From positions 19,090,911 through 19,154,910 of the forward strand of contig NC_068994.1 of assembly GCF_001194135.2 (NCBI RefSeq): DNA of 64,000 bases, given 5' to 3'. How positions within the stretch are numbered: position 1 is the first letter of the stretch; each line of letters begins with the position of its first letter. This document shows, piece after piece, positions 48,906 to 64,000 of the stretch. A model generated the notes under the pieces. It ran no database searches. It had not been told where the DNA came from and saw only the letters and a program-made list of their open reading frames with translations. This DNA is from Octopus bimaculoides. Taxonomy: Eukaryota. The position numbers were made by a program, and so were the translations under genes.

Positions 48906-50754
48906 ACTGATGTGTGTAGATGAGAGAGAAAGAAAGCCTTCTTTTCATTTACATATACAGAAGCCATTCATCATAAAATTGGAGAATTAAAGAACTCCTC
49001 CTTTAGAATATTCTTCTAAATTCTTCAAGTTTTAATAACTGAATTCAGGAAAAATTGAGAGCTCAAAATGCAACTAACATACAACAAAGTATAAACAGAA
49101 AATGAAAATAAAATATTTCTTTTTCCCCCTTTTTTTCTTTTTCTCCACATTTTTCTTTCCAAAAAAAAATCAACCATTTAATTTGAACTGAGACAGAAAA
49201 ATGCACATGCATCACCATATATGGATGTAGGAATTGTTCTTTAATTCAGACTTTACATCTTGTGAATAAGATAAAATTACTCAAATTATATATCACAATG
49301 GTTATTGGCTATAATTTTTCTATGACTGGATGGTATAATAAAAATGGAAATTCTTTCTGTTTTTTGTTTTTTTGGTGCTTTTCTTAATTACAGAATGTGT
49401 TTCCTAAGAAGAAGGTGGGGTAAATGAACATATATATATCAATAATGAAAAAATAATTATGCCTGTTTAATTAAACAGGAAATATTTATTCATTTGTTTG
49501 TTTCTCATTCATTCAATATGTAATTTTAAAATATATAAAATATATAGAATAAAGCTGTAACTGTTGTTAACATCAATGAACAAGAGTATTGTTTATAACT
49601 CTCTGAAATTCTGTTTTTGAACACTTGATCCAATACAGCTGTGTTTAGCAAATAACATTCAGGAAACAACAATAAAAAAAGCAAGTAATTAACAAACAAA
49701 ACAAAAAAAAAACTTGTTATACAATAGGGATATTCAACGATGTTGATAATTAGTTTAGGTTTATTCAAATAATTATAGTCATGTTTAATTTGAAGAAATT
49801 GATTTATTTCTTTATTGCAATGTTGGGAGAAGGGCACAGGGGGGAAAGAAACAACGTCTAAAGGTTGGAAATTTATGTTTTTATTTACAGGAATGAAGTG
49901 GAAAACACAAAAGGTATGGAATAGATTTGTGATGTAAAAACTGGTGATCATTACATTCACAATGAAATAGTTCTTGGAGTAAAATGGCAGTGGTGAGGTG
50001 AAAACATCCCATTCTGATATCATTTATGTATATATGCATTCATATACACACAAACGTACACATCCTCACACACAAGCACATGTCCTTACACACAGACAGA
50101 GCCATAAAGAAACATATTTCTATATATAGGCATGCACACACACACACACACTCACATGATGTATATATATAAAAAAAAAATACAAACATACACACATAAT
50201 TAACTGGAACCAAGTTTATCTTAGCAGCTGATTCAACTTGTTGAATAAACTGCTAAGGAGAAACTTAAGGTCCCAGACAACTGTGATATGATTAATAAAT
50301 TTGACTCTACTAACAGTAGAATGTCCCATCTTTAGTCAATGTTTTGCCGTTTATTATTTTTATTGATTAACAATTATATANNNNNNNNNNNNNNNNNNNN
50401 NNNNNNNNNNNNNNNNNNTATATATATAATATACATACATACACACTCACATGCATGCATGTGTATGTGCACACACAGAGTTACAATAATGTAACTTGTC
50501 AGGTCACCACTACAAGTTTCAGACTCCCATCTGGTTTTCATATGTATTCATTTATTCTGAACAACTATTGTTTGGACAATACAGGAAATCCTTATCTACT
50601 TCTATGAATGAGCAGTGTGATAGCAGCATTTAAACAAAGCTAATTATTTTAGTTGCAATGATTATGGCTAAGAGGAAGGCACTTCTCAAAATTCATAAAT
50701 AAGTAACAGTTCTTGTTCCTGGATACATCCATATACATATACAAAATAGGATGA

Positions 50755-51215
50755 TTGTTAATGCTGGTTTCAAATTTTGGCACAAGACTAGTAAGTTTGC
50801 AGGAGGGGATAAGTCAATTATATTGATCCCTGTGCTCAACTAGCACTTATTTTATTGAGCCAGAAAGGATGTAAACCAGAGGTGACCTTGGTGGAATTTG
50901 AACTCAGAATGTAAAGGCAGATGAAATACCACTAGGCATTTTGTCTGGCATGCTAACGACTCTGTCAGCTCATTGCTTTAGGATGATTGTTAATATTAAT
51001 ATGCAATAAGGTGGTGAGCTAGCAAAACTGTAGCATGCTGGGCAAAATGTCTTTCTTTGTCTGTCTTTGCATTCTGGGTTCAAATGGTGTTGGGGTCAAC
51101 TTTGCCTTTCATCTTTTTGGGGTTGATAAAATAAGTACTAGTCAGTACTGGGGTCAAATTTAATTAACTTGACCTCTCCCCACAAATTACTGGCCTTGTG
51201 CCAAAATTCCAAATC
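50755..51215. mobile_element. Divergent pair of SINE family A copies
   Basis: Minus copy at about 50755-50975, plus copy at about 51005-51215. Confidence 0.78.
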
Positions 51216-52266
51216 AATATTAATATACATTAAGATGCAAGAAGAAAAAGAAAACAAAGAATGAAGGCAACAAATAAGAAGAAAGGAAGAAGTAATTCAA
51301 GAAGCAATTAAGAATGAAAGAGGAAGGAAGGAAGCAAAATAGCATTCAATGAAAGACTAACTTTCTTGAGGATAATTGAATGAATCCAAGAAGAAACATT
51401 GGCATATTTCATGATAGGTATTTAGATCTGTCAAGTATTGAAGAATAAATCTTCTTTCATGCTTACAGAGATTGAATACCTATGATTTGACATTTAGATC
51501 ACATCCACAGATATGAGAGCACTTAAGGATCGACTTCTTTTTAACAGAGGAGAGGCCACAATTTCGGCTGTTGTTCAGGCAGGGTGTACCTTTTGAGCAA
51601 TCTTCCAGCCAATATTATATACCACTGCTTTCTCTTACAACAACCACACATGGCTTACAAGCTTTGTTGCATGTCATCTCTCTATGTTTCAGAAGGAAGA
51701 TGTATGGTCAGAAAATTTCATCTTTCTCATTTTGTTTTTCATCATTAGCTTGGCATTATAGTTTGAGTTCAAAGACTTGACTTCTGCTTTATTCAGCAGA
51801 CAAATGATATGTCTCTCCATGAACATCTAAATTCAGTGGGTGGAGTGAGTTAATGAGATATAATCTCCTTCATATCGGTGGTACCAATCATATCCCTACA
51901 AAACCATTTCATGTATCTATAGTCAGGAGAGAATTGCATATCTATTAATCTGAGTAAGGCTGTACTTATGTTCATTTTCATGAGGGTGTGAACCAAATGA
52001 TATTTCAATGCTTCTCCCATTTTTTGCAGTGGGATGAAATCATATATGATTTTATCCTTGAAATGAACAAGGATTTACTATATTGTCTTCAGAAATGTTG
52101 TCCAGAAATGTGGATACATGCATACTCTCCCAACAAAAGGTGTATGGTAGTTTAAAAATTGCAGTATTGTTGTTCAGCTAAATTATAAATCAATTTTGCA
52201 ATAACATAAATCAATTTTATATTGAGTCACTGAGTGCTAACTTTTGGAATTTGTATCTTGATGGAT

Positions 52267-52334
<68 letters not shown>

Positions 52335-52789
52335 GAAATTAAAAAATATGAGCTAAGAGAAATGACTCAAAGTGGCATGTGACATATATCTGAAGAACAA
52401 AGCTGAATAAGAGTATATCAAACATCATTCAAGATAGATGCAAGATTTATTGGAATTATTGCTGCATACAGGAAAAAGTAGAACAATCCCTGGTGGCAAA
52501 TGGGATCAACTTCAAATGTTAAGGGAGATAATCTCAAAAAGCAAGACATTACTCTGTCAAATGTAATGCCTATTTATTTGCATTGTTTTCAAGTAATAAG
52601 GTATTATCTTGAGCTTCAAGATTTTGATGGTGTGATTGAATATTTTTAGAATGACACCATCTGAAAATGGTTAGATCTGACCAGTTTGAATATAAAACAG
52701 GTTGTCTATTTGGGTTGGTTTAAATGCTAAAGGGTTAAAAGAAGTCTTGTCTGGAGACAAGAAGACAACTACGGCCATTAATGAAAATG

Positions 52790-53145
52790 AATGCCATCTA
52801 CCAATTTGTTCTAGCAATAACACATGATTCCAGGAGATATACTGACTTCATGTACCTTTGGTCCTACTTTGCTAACAGTAAGCAAGACTTACTTATGTAC
52901 AAGGAACAAGCCTGGCGTGTTTGTAGCAAACTTCAAAACATCTGACAAACAAGTATTTCAAAGTGAACATGGCTTGAGTTCTTCAGAGCATGCATAGCGA
53001 ACGTTCTTCTCTATGGAGCCAAAACCTGGGCTATTAGGAAGGAGCTGCAGGAGTGCCTAGATGTTACATATGCCAAGCTTCTTATGAGGACTCAAAATAT
53101 CTTGTGTCATGGGTACAAACCCCAAGAGGGAGATTTATAGACATG
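52790..53145 (+). mobile_element. LINE reverse-transcriptase C-terminal relic
   Basis: Broken translation includes AWRVCSKL, FFRACIANVLLYGAKTWAI and LDVTYAKLL, typical of the region after the RT thumb. Confidence 0.7.
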
Positions 53146-53279
53146 CTCCACCCATCATCATCATCATCATCATTATTATTGCTCAAGGATATGCTTTGTT
53201 ATTTGCCAGCCACTGCTATCATACTGAATGACAGTCCATATTGGATGTCATATTTTGCAGATTCCAGACACATATCTGT

Positions 53280-56000
<2,721 letters not shown>

Positions 56001-57049
56001 CATTGAGGACTCCACTGTGTTGCAGTTTTATCTTTTATTATTGCAGATTTTTCATAGATTTATACAAGTTTCTTGTAGTTTATTTGGAACAATAATATTT
56101 CTAAAGCCATATTCAAATCTTTCTAGACATTTACAGTATCATTTTCAAGAGTTAAAATAGATTTGGCATCTGTGTTGGTTCTTATATACTGGTCAAAGTT
56201 TTATGGACATTTTCATCAAAGGTTTTTTTTTTTTCTTAAGCTTTCACATCAGCAGTTACATGTTAATTTGTTCTGCTCCAAACAAACTACATTAAACTGC
56301 TATGAAAGTATGAAAAAATATCTGCAAAAGAAAGTATAAAACTGGAACATAGCCATGTCTTTAATGAAACATGTATTAAAGACATATATATATAATTTAT
56401 ACAAACACACGAAGTCATCATCATCATTCTTTTAACATCTACTTTTCCACGCTTGCATGGATCAGATGAACCCATGTCAGAGCAGAGTGTTTCTACTGCT
56501 CGATGCCTTTCCCTCTGGAAGCCTCATCTCGCTTCAAGCAAGCTAAAAGTCTCTCAATGTATCAAACAATGAACAGCTTGGACACGTTATGTGAAGAACA
56601 GGAAACAAACAACGCCCATTGAATGTGGCTTTTGTTTACAAAGATCACACATGCCAAAACATATCAAGAAGCCTGGAAGTGCTTTCATGATTGACTGTAA
56701 GCAAACAACACTGTCAAAATGAACAGTGATGTCTTTGTTTAAAATCAGTAAACAAACCTGAAGAGAAAGGGGATACAAACTCACTCACATGAGCATGCAC
56801 ACACGCACGCGCGCACACAAACACAAACACAGAGGGTTTCTTTTAATTTCCGTTACCAAACCCACTCACAAAGTTTTGGTTGGCCTAGCGCTATAGTAGA
56901 AGAGACTTGCCCAAGGTGCCACACAGTGGGACTGAACCTGATCTCATGTTGTTGGGAAGCAAACTTCTCAATGGCACAGCCATGCCTGCATACATACACA
57001 TACACACACACACACATATATATATATACACACACAAATACATACATAT

Positions 57050-57090
<41 letters not shown>

Positions 57091-58238
57091 CACGCACACA
57101 CACATATACATATCTGTGTGTGTGTGTGTAGTGTATGCATGTCTATGCTCATGGATATTTAAATTATAAATTACTGTCTAATTGTCTGTGATGATGTCAA
57201 TGAAGACAGGAATTCTTTGTAATATGGAAGCATTATTCTTCTGAAATTTGCTGCTGAAACCTACATGCAACCTACTTGAGAGATTGAAATCAAGGTACAC
57301 TGAAGTAAATATTAAATAAATTCCATAAATTTGTGGTATGGAATTCCATGTTACAGCAAGATCTTCAGGAATGCAATGTGGAAGAATACTTGTACTTATT
57401 TGCAAAACCAAAAAATACAAAACAATAACAACACAAGTTTGTTTGTTGACAGTTACACTCCAGAAATTATATTATTTCATTTATCTCCTCCTTTTAGAGG
57501 ATCATATTGTTCATTTTGCAAGATGTTAGTTATTTATATTCAGGCTGCAGAAACTTCCTCTTTTCATAGGTGGAATGGAAAAAGGCTTGAGTGAAGTGAA
57601 ACATACACATACAGGCGCACGCGTGCGCACACACACACACAATGTCTCTCTTTCTCTCACATACACATACAAATAAAAACAATTACAAAACAAAAAAAAA
57701 ATAGATTTAAAAGGAACTGTATGCACCTGAGTTGGATGATAACGGAAGCATATAGTTATGGTATGATTTTAGTCTCTGTAATTTAACAAAATTTAAAGCT
57801 GGTAGCTGTGAAAGATATTGTTGATCATAAATCACATTTGAAGAAGTCACAGGACACGAAAGAATAATAACAGATTTAAATGCTTGAATATAATTTGGCA
57901 ATGCAGAGCATTTTGAAGAACAGTTTCTTTTTGTAAGATCAATTAGTTTTTATCAAGTAATTGGCCAGGACAGCTTAAAATACGTTTTTAAACTGAACAC
58001 CATAACAGTTTATGCTGATTACCATAACAGCCTTAATGGAATGTTTTTCCATTTTTCTTGCATCTGGTTTTGTATTTACAATATTGATTTATTCTCCATC
58101 TGTTTGTTTATTACTTTTTCTTTTAAAAAAATTTTCACCTCAAGTTTCAAAAGGCAAATGAAATCAATATTTGTTTTCTCTTCCTTTATCCACTAAAAAA
58201 AAAAAAAAAAAAAAAAGTAAATAATATTTTGAGCAATT

Positions 58239-59361
58239 CTATATCTTAGAATCGAACATTTGTCTCAGTTCACTGATTTTTTTCTTTGATTCTGTATTGT
58301 TTGAGTCTGAATAATCTGCTTTGTCTTCTTTGGGTGACGACTGCGGTTGGTTATAACGAGTTGGACTAGTTATTCGTTGTGATCTGACAGGCTTTGTTAC
58401 CGTAGAAGGAGGTGGGCTTTTATGTTCTCTTTTTGTAGTGTTGCCAACAGGCTTCAGTCCAGCTTTGGCTAATTGTGCTGGCGTTAAAGAACTTTTTGCC
58501 TGTGGATCAGATTCTGATCTATTAAGGTTAACAAAATTCTTTTGAATAGGAACTGGCTTATCAGCTGTTGATGCTGATGGAAAAGTTTGTGTGAGTTTGG
58601 AAAGTGCCCTTGTTTTAGGCTGAGGATTGTGATCCCTTTTGGGTGGGGTGGGGTTTGATTCTGATCTCACAAGATTTGAAGCTAGTGCTCGTGTTTGTGG
58701 TCGTGGAGGCTTTTCTTTAGTTTTCTTGAGTGAGGAAGGAGATGTCATGTTATGGTAAACAGCATGATTACTGTTGTGGTCAATACTTGAACTGCTATTT
58801 GGGGGTTCTGAAGATGTATTCATGTATAGAGCATCCTCATCCTCTTGGCCAAGAAGATGCTGAGAGACAGCATTTTCTCTATTATTTCTCTCTAAAGGAC
58901 GCAATTTTGGAGATTGTGTTCCAAACTGACGACTTTCATCAGGCTTCAGGGGTGGTGGCTTTTGAGGACGATCAGAATGATTGCGACGCAATTTCACTGG
59001 ACGTTTTGTAGTAGCCAATCCACCCTTGATGTCTGCTGTGTGTATATTAGGGAGATTTTGTTCAGAAAATGCTGCTGACCGGCGATTAGTAGTACTAAGG
59101 AGTACTGGACTGGAAATGTCTTTTGTCATAATAGCACTAAGTGGTCGAGTAGCAGATCGTGGTTCTCTTTTTGGAATATAAGCATCTTGTGGAGCTTCAA
59201 CAGGTGTGACTAATGCTTGAGAATTGCTATTGGTACTGTGAGTCAACATTGGTTTTGAGATGGGTGGACCCAGTCGGCTTGTCCGACTTTGTCGGTTTGT
59301 ATCTGTTCTTGTTGGTAGCTGAACTTTAGGCAGTTTTATATTTGTTAGTGCAGGAGGTAAA
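58239..59361 (-). CDS. ADAM12-like: ADAM metalloprotease, terminal exon encoding a long Pro/Ser/Thr-rich cytoplasmic tail
   Basis: Acceptor ttttttgttctttttactcaacag in phase 2 (CA+T = His). 373 uninterrupted codons follow, ending KKKISELRQMFDSKI*, with several PxxP motifs. Confidence 0.88.
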
Positions 59362-59619
59362 CTGTTGAGTAAAAAGAACAAAAAATGATGTTATTAATTT
59401 AGTTTTCACAAAATTCTTTTTCTAATTATCGGTAAAATAAAATAAAATATGGTGAATTGGTATAAAATAACAAAACTAATGACAGCCTATTTCTAAGTCA
59501 TTGCAAAATTTGTTATCTGATCATTCTCTATATGAGAATCTCCATAAAACACGTGAAGATATGACTGTCTATGCCAGCCTTTCATTTTTTAAGGACTGAC
59601 TATGCTACTGCAGTAATCC

Positions 59620-60198
59620 TGTTGTTAGCACGGTGGGCAACATGCTTAGCAGCATGTCATCCATCCTTATGTTCTGAGTTCAAATTTCATGGAGGTCAAC
59701 TTTACTTTTTATCCTTTTGGGGGTTGCTAAATTAAATATCACTAGAGCACTGGGGCAATGTAATTGACAACCCCACCCTCAAAATTTGAAGTCATAATTG
59801 TTTAATTATTAAGGGAGTGAGATGGCAGAATCGTTAGCATAATGGAAAAAATGCTTAGTAGTATTTCATCCATGCTTAAATTCAGTGTTCAAATTCCACT
59901 GAGGTTGACAGTGTCTGTCATCCTTTCAGGTTTGATAAATTAAGTAGCAGTTGAGCAGTGGGGCAATGTAATTGATTTAACCCCAACCCTGAAATTGCTG
60001 GCCTTGTACCAAAATTTGAAACCATTATAATAATAATTATTATTATTATTATAATTATTCAAATTCTGCCAAGGTTGATTTTGCCTTTCATCCTTTCAGG
60101 GTTGATAAACTAAATACCAGTGAAATTCTGAGATCGATGTAATCAACTAGTCCCCTTCCTCCAAAAACCTCAGGCCTTGTGCCTATAATAGAAAGGAC

Positions 60199-60238
<40 letters not shown>

Positions 60239-60290
60239 AGGGCAGTGAGCTGGCAGAATCATTAGCACATTGGACAAAATGCTTAGCTCA
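59620..60290 (+). mobile_element. Chain of four SINE family A copies in the last ADAM intron
   Basis: Heads or cores at about 59620, 59815, 60060 and 60240, some separated by (ATT)n. Confidence 0.8.
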
Positions 60291-60562
60291 AGGATCATGA
60301 CCCTACAACTGTGAGTTGAAGACCGCTAACCACTAAGCTGGACATCTTCACTTTCCCAGATACACTAAAAAAGAAAAAAAAAAAGAGATGTTCATGACTA
60401 GAAAGCCTTTGATCATAGACTGCTGAACCGAGGGCTAAACAACAGCAACAATGACATTCAACAGAGGATAAGTGGAGAAATGCCCAAAAACATTTTAAAT
60501 AGATGAGGATTTTTCAAATAAAAATGGGCTAAAGGTCAGATCATCAGTAAGTTCATACATAC

Positions 60563-60692
60563 TGCATATTGAAATTGCTCTTCTTTTTCCAACACTGAAT
60601 GAGATCATTTCTTCGAAGATAGGCACAAACCAGTACAGAAATAATTAAAAGCAAAAATAGAATGACCAGCACAATAGTCAAGACAGGGCTTT
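60563..60692 (-). CDS. ADAM12-like: ADAM metalloprotease, transmembrane exon
   Basis: Acceptor ttttttctcactgtag, donor CA|gtatgt. Reads (E)SPVLTIVLVILFLLLIISVLVCAYLRRNDLIQCWKKKSNFNM: a hydrophobic helix followed by basic residues. Phase 1 in and phase 2 out match both neighbouring exons. Confidence 0.9.
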
Positions 60693-61104
60693 CTACAGTG
60701 AGAAAAAAGAGAAAAACAAAAAAAAAAAAGAGGATAATAATGGAGAAAAGCATTCAGCAGAATATAAACAAAAAAGATATTAGAATTTAAATAACAATAC
60801 AGAAGGTAACAAAGTTACCAGAAATAATACAAGGCCAAATATATAGCAAGTGTTTATAGTTTTCTCTCTTGGCATTCAGAGTTCAAATCTCACGGGATTC
60901 AATTACATTTTTTATTCTTTCAGTCTTAATAAATACTGAAAATATACAGGGATAAATTTTAATCAATTTTGCTTCTCTTCTTGAAAAGCTCATTGTGGCC
61001 AATTAAAAGAAAGCCATAAGTCAATATTACAAATAACTATTCTAATTTACCCACAGATTTCAGTGACTATCATTCTCTTTCCCTCTCCACACACATATAT
61101 ATTA

Positions 61105-62345
61105 TAGGTGCAGGTATGGCTGTTGGTAAGAAGCTTTTTTCCCCAACCATATGGTTCTGGGATCTGTCCCACTGTGTAGTAGCTTAGGCAAGTGTCTTCT
61201 TCTATAGCCTCAGGTTGACCAAAGCCTTGTGAGTGGATTTGGTAGACGGAAACTGAAAGAAGCCCATCATATCATCATCATCATCATCATCGTTTAACGT
61301 CCGCTTTCCATGCTAGCATGGGTTGGACGATTTGACTGAGGACTGGTGAAACCGGATGGCAACACCAGGTTCCAATCCGATTTGGCAGAGTTTCTACAGC
61401 TGGATGCCCTTCCTAACACCAACCACTCAGAGAGTGTAGTGGGTGCTTTTATGTGTCACCCACACGAAGGCCAGTCAGGCGGTACTGGCAATGGCTACGC
61501 TCAAAATGGTGCATTTTATGTGCCACCCGCACAAGAGCCATATATATATGTATATATATATGTATGTATTGTGGTGTGTGTATCTTTCTGTTTGTGCATG
61601 TCTCCCCACCATCGCTCGACAACCAATGTTGGTGTGTTTATGCCCCCGTAACTTAGTGGTTCAGTAAAAGAGACTGATAGAATAAGTACAAAGCTTACAA
61701 AGAGTAAGTCCTAAGGTCAATTTGTTCAACTAAAAAACCCTTCAAAGTGGTGCTCCAGCATGGCTGCAGTCAAATGACTCAAACAAGTAAAAGAATATAT
61801 ATATTATTTATTCTTTTACATGTTTCGGTCATTTGACTGCGGCCATGCTGGAGCACCACCTAAAGGGTTTTAGTCAAAGAAATCGAACCCAGGACTTATT
61901 CTTTGTTAGCCTAGAACTTATTCTATTGGTCTCTTTTGCTGAACCACTAAGTTACAGGGACATAAACACATCAACATCACTTGTCAAGCAATGGTGAGGG
62001 GACAAAGTCAGACACACAAATACATACATACATATATATACACACACACACATACACATATACGATGGGCCTCTTTCAGTTTCTGTCTACCAAATCTGCT
62101 CACAAGGGTTTGGTTAACCCAAGACTATTGTAGAAACACTTGGCCAAGGTGTCACACAGTGGGACTGAACCTGGAACCATGTGGTTGGGAAGCAGGGCTT
62201 CTTTCAGTTTCTGTCAACCAAATCCACTCACAAAACTTTGGTCAGCCTGAGGATATAGTAGAAGACACTTGCCAAAGGTGCCATGCAGCAGGACTGAACC
62301 TGAAACCATGTGGTTGGGAAGCAATCTTCTAACCATACAGACATG
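61105..62345. mobile_element. Nested SINE family B cluster (plus copy interrupted by an RTE tail, then minus copies)
   Basis: Head at 61105-61270 and tail at 61580-61800 (+), followed by reverse copies at 61805-62345. Confidence 0.75.
61271..61535 (-). mobile_element. RTE 3'-tail copy
   Basis: (cat)n-cgtttaacgtccgctttccatgctagc..., nearly the same as 203-365. Confidence 0.85.
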
Positions 62346-62855
62346 CCTATATATATATAATGATGGTAGTGGTAGTTTCTTAGTGTCCAGAGGAAGAGTG
62401 GTATGCCTTTTGATGGTTATGGAAACTGATCTTTGATGTTATAGGGCTTTTCTTTCTGTTTGCACTTAATATTTTTAAAGTGAGAGTCGGACCACATAGC
62501 TCAATCCCACTCTTTAGACTTGGAGGTCTGACCACAGTGGATCAGTGGGTTAAGATGGTTGTGGTAACATGCAAGCTGTAGGTTTCACACTGGAATGGCT
62601 TTTTAGGTGAATTGTCTTACATGGGGTGGAGAGCTTCATCTGCTTGAAATTACTGGAAGGGTGTCAAAATAGTCCACCCAAGGGACTCCACTCTGAATTG
62701 CAATTGAGGTTCCTTTCCTGAGGCACTCACAAAATATATACAGGAGTAATCTGTTAAGGTGATCTTTATGTTGGTAAAACTGGAAAAAGTTTAGCTTCAA
62801 ATGTAATGAGAAGAGAGAGAAAGAGAGAGGTTTTGTGCATGTGTGCGTGGTTTAC

Positions 62856-62967
62856 CTTTTTCTAGGTTAGCAATTCCACTATCAACACTGCCACCCTTCC
62901 CTTCTTTGTCACAGTAAGGGGGTCCGTAGCCGGCATCACAATGGCAATTCCCACGGCTATTGCACAC
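62856..62967 (-). CDS. ADAM12-like: ADAM metalloprotease (ADAM12/19/meltrin-like), EGF-like domain exon
   Basis: Acceptor atttctcttctag, donor G|gtaaac. Reads [37 protein letters not shown], matching the ADAM EGF-like/juxtamembrane pattern CN..NCHC..G..PP.C...G.GGS.DSG. Phase 0 in, phase 1 out. Subfamily assignment is inference. Confidence 0.92.
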
Positions 62968-63109
62968 CTAGAAGAGAAATTAAGATATTTAAGTTGATTA
63001 ATTGATCCTTTCAATTTTACTAACAAATAATATAGTAACGAGATATATAAACACTGCAAAGAAGCACATTAATATAGTATACAATAAGACATCATTATTT
63101 TTTGCATAA

Positions 63110-63520
63110 ATGCATCGTTAGCAGGCCGGGCAAAATGCCTAGTGGCATTTCATCCATAGTTATGTTCTGAGTTCAAATTTTGCCAGGGTCTACTTTACCT
63201 TTCATCCTTTCAGGGTTGATAAAATAGATATCAGCTGAGTACTGGGGGTCGATCTATCCCCCTATCCCCCTCCCACAAATTTCAGGCCCTGTGCCTATAA
63301 TATAAAGGATTATTTTGCATAAATGCATTCGAGTGTATTCTTTACATAAATGTGGCAAACTGGCAGAATAATTAGCACACTGGGTAAAATGCTTAGCGGT
63401 ATTTTGTCTGTCTTTATGTTCTGATTTCAAAGTACGCCAAGGTTGACTTTACTTTTCATTCTTTCGGGGTCGATAAAATAAGTACCAGTTGTGTACTGGA
63501 GTTGCGCCAAAATTTGAAAC
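63110..63520 (+). mobile_element. Two tandem SINE family A copies in an ADAM intron
   Basis: Repeated gttagc..aaatgc.tag...ttctga.ttcaaa...ctttcggggtcgataaaataagtaccag. Confidence 0.8.
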
Positions 63521-63537
63521 AAATATATTCTTTAGAT

Positions 63538-63715
63538 CAGTGGTTCTCAACTGGGGTCTATATGGCCTTTGGGTGTCCAAAGAAGATTTTGTTGCTAAAA
63601 TTTAACAGCAATAAATTGGTTATATTTCTACAATACATTAAATATATCAAGAATTTTAAAAATAAAATTCCTAATAATGTTTAATTATAAAAAAAAAATA
63701 TAGAATTTTTTGAAA
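63538..63715 (+). mobile_element. hAT/Charlie-like non-autonomous transposon end
   Basis: Starts CAGTGGTTCTCAAC, a typical hAT terminal sequence. No transposase visible. Confidence 0.45.
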
Positions 63716-63716
63716 C

Positions 63717-63749
<33 letters not shown>

Positions 63750-63796
63750 TCATCATCATCATTGTTTAAAGTCCGCTTTCCATGCTGACATTAAAC

Positions 63797-63873
<77 letters not shown>

Positions 63874-64000
63874 CCATACATATATACATAAACATAATGG
63901 ATAATATCTTTAATCTCAGACTTACTCCATGTCCATTGCATCCTTTAGGACAATCAGGAAATCCTAATTTCTGCAGTGGTTTACACTGTTGCTCTACACA

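Noticed and set aside
49526-50023. 165-aa minus-strand ORF
   Set aside because: F/I/N/L-rich composition typical of AT-rich non-coding DNA, with no motif or splice support.
62862-63059. ORF-track peptide MQCL...[16 protein letters not shown]
   Set aside because: Wrong frame. The spliced frame encodes the ADAM EGF-like sequence and fits the splice phases.

Overview
This is AT-rich, repeat-dense animal genomic DNA from a draft assembly with 7 N-gaps. The repeat families suggest Octopus or another coleoid cephalopod (inference). Three protein-coding loci are supported. (1) The last three coding exons of an ADAM12/19-type metalloprotease lie on the minus strand: an EGF-like exon at 62856-62967 (in a frame the ORF track missed), a transmembrane exon at 60563-60692 and a long Pro/Ser-rich tail exon at 58239-59361. 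All splice phases match. (2) A single-exon LicD/fukutin-FKRP family type II membrane phosphotransferase is on the plus strand at 19578-20576. (3) Two phase-0 exons on the minus strand (27091-27180 and 7283-7444) join into a peptide resembling the N-terminal helices of vinculin/alpha-catenin proteins, which would place the LicD gene antisense inside a ~19.6 kb intron. The rest is microsatellite, several tRNA-headed SINE families, RTE and R4/Dong LINE fragments, Tc1/mariner relics and fold-back elements. The most unusual item is at 14150-14680: a head-to-head element with Pol III A/B boxes, an (AAT)n linker and a complete minimal hammerhead ribozyme core of the Penelope type. All homology calls come from motif recognition by eye; no searches were run, and repeat boundaries are approximate.
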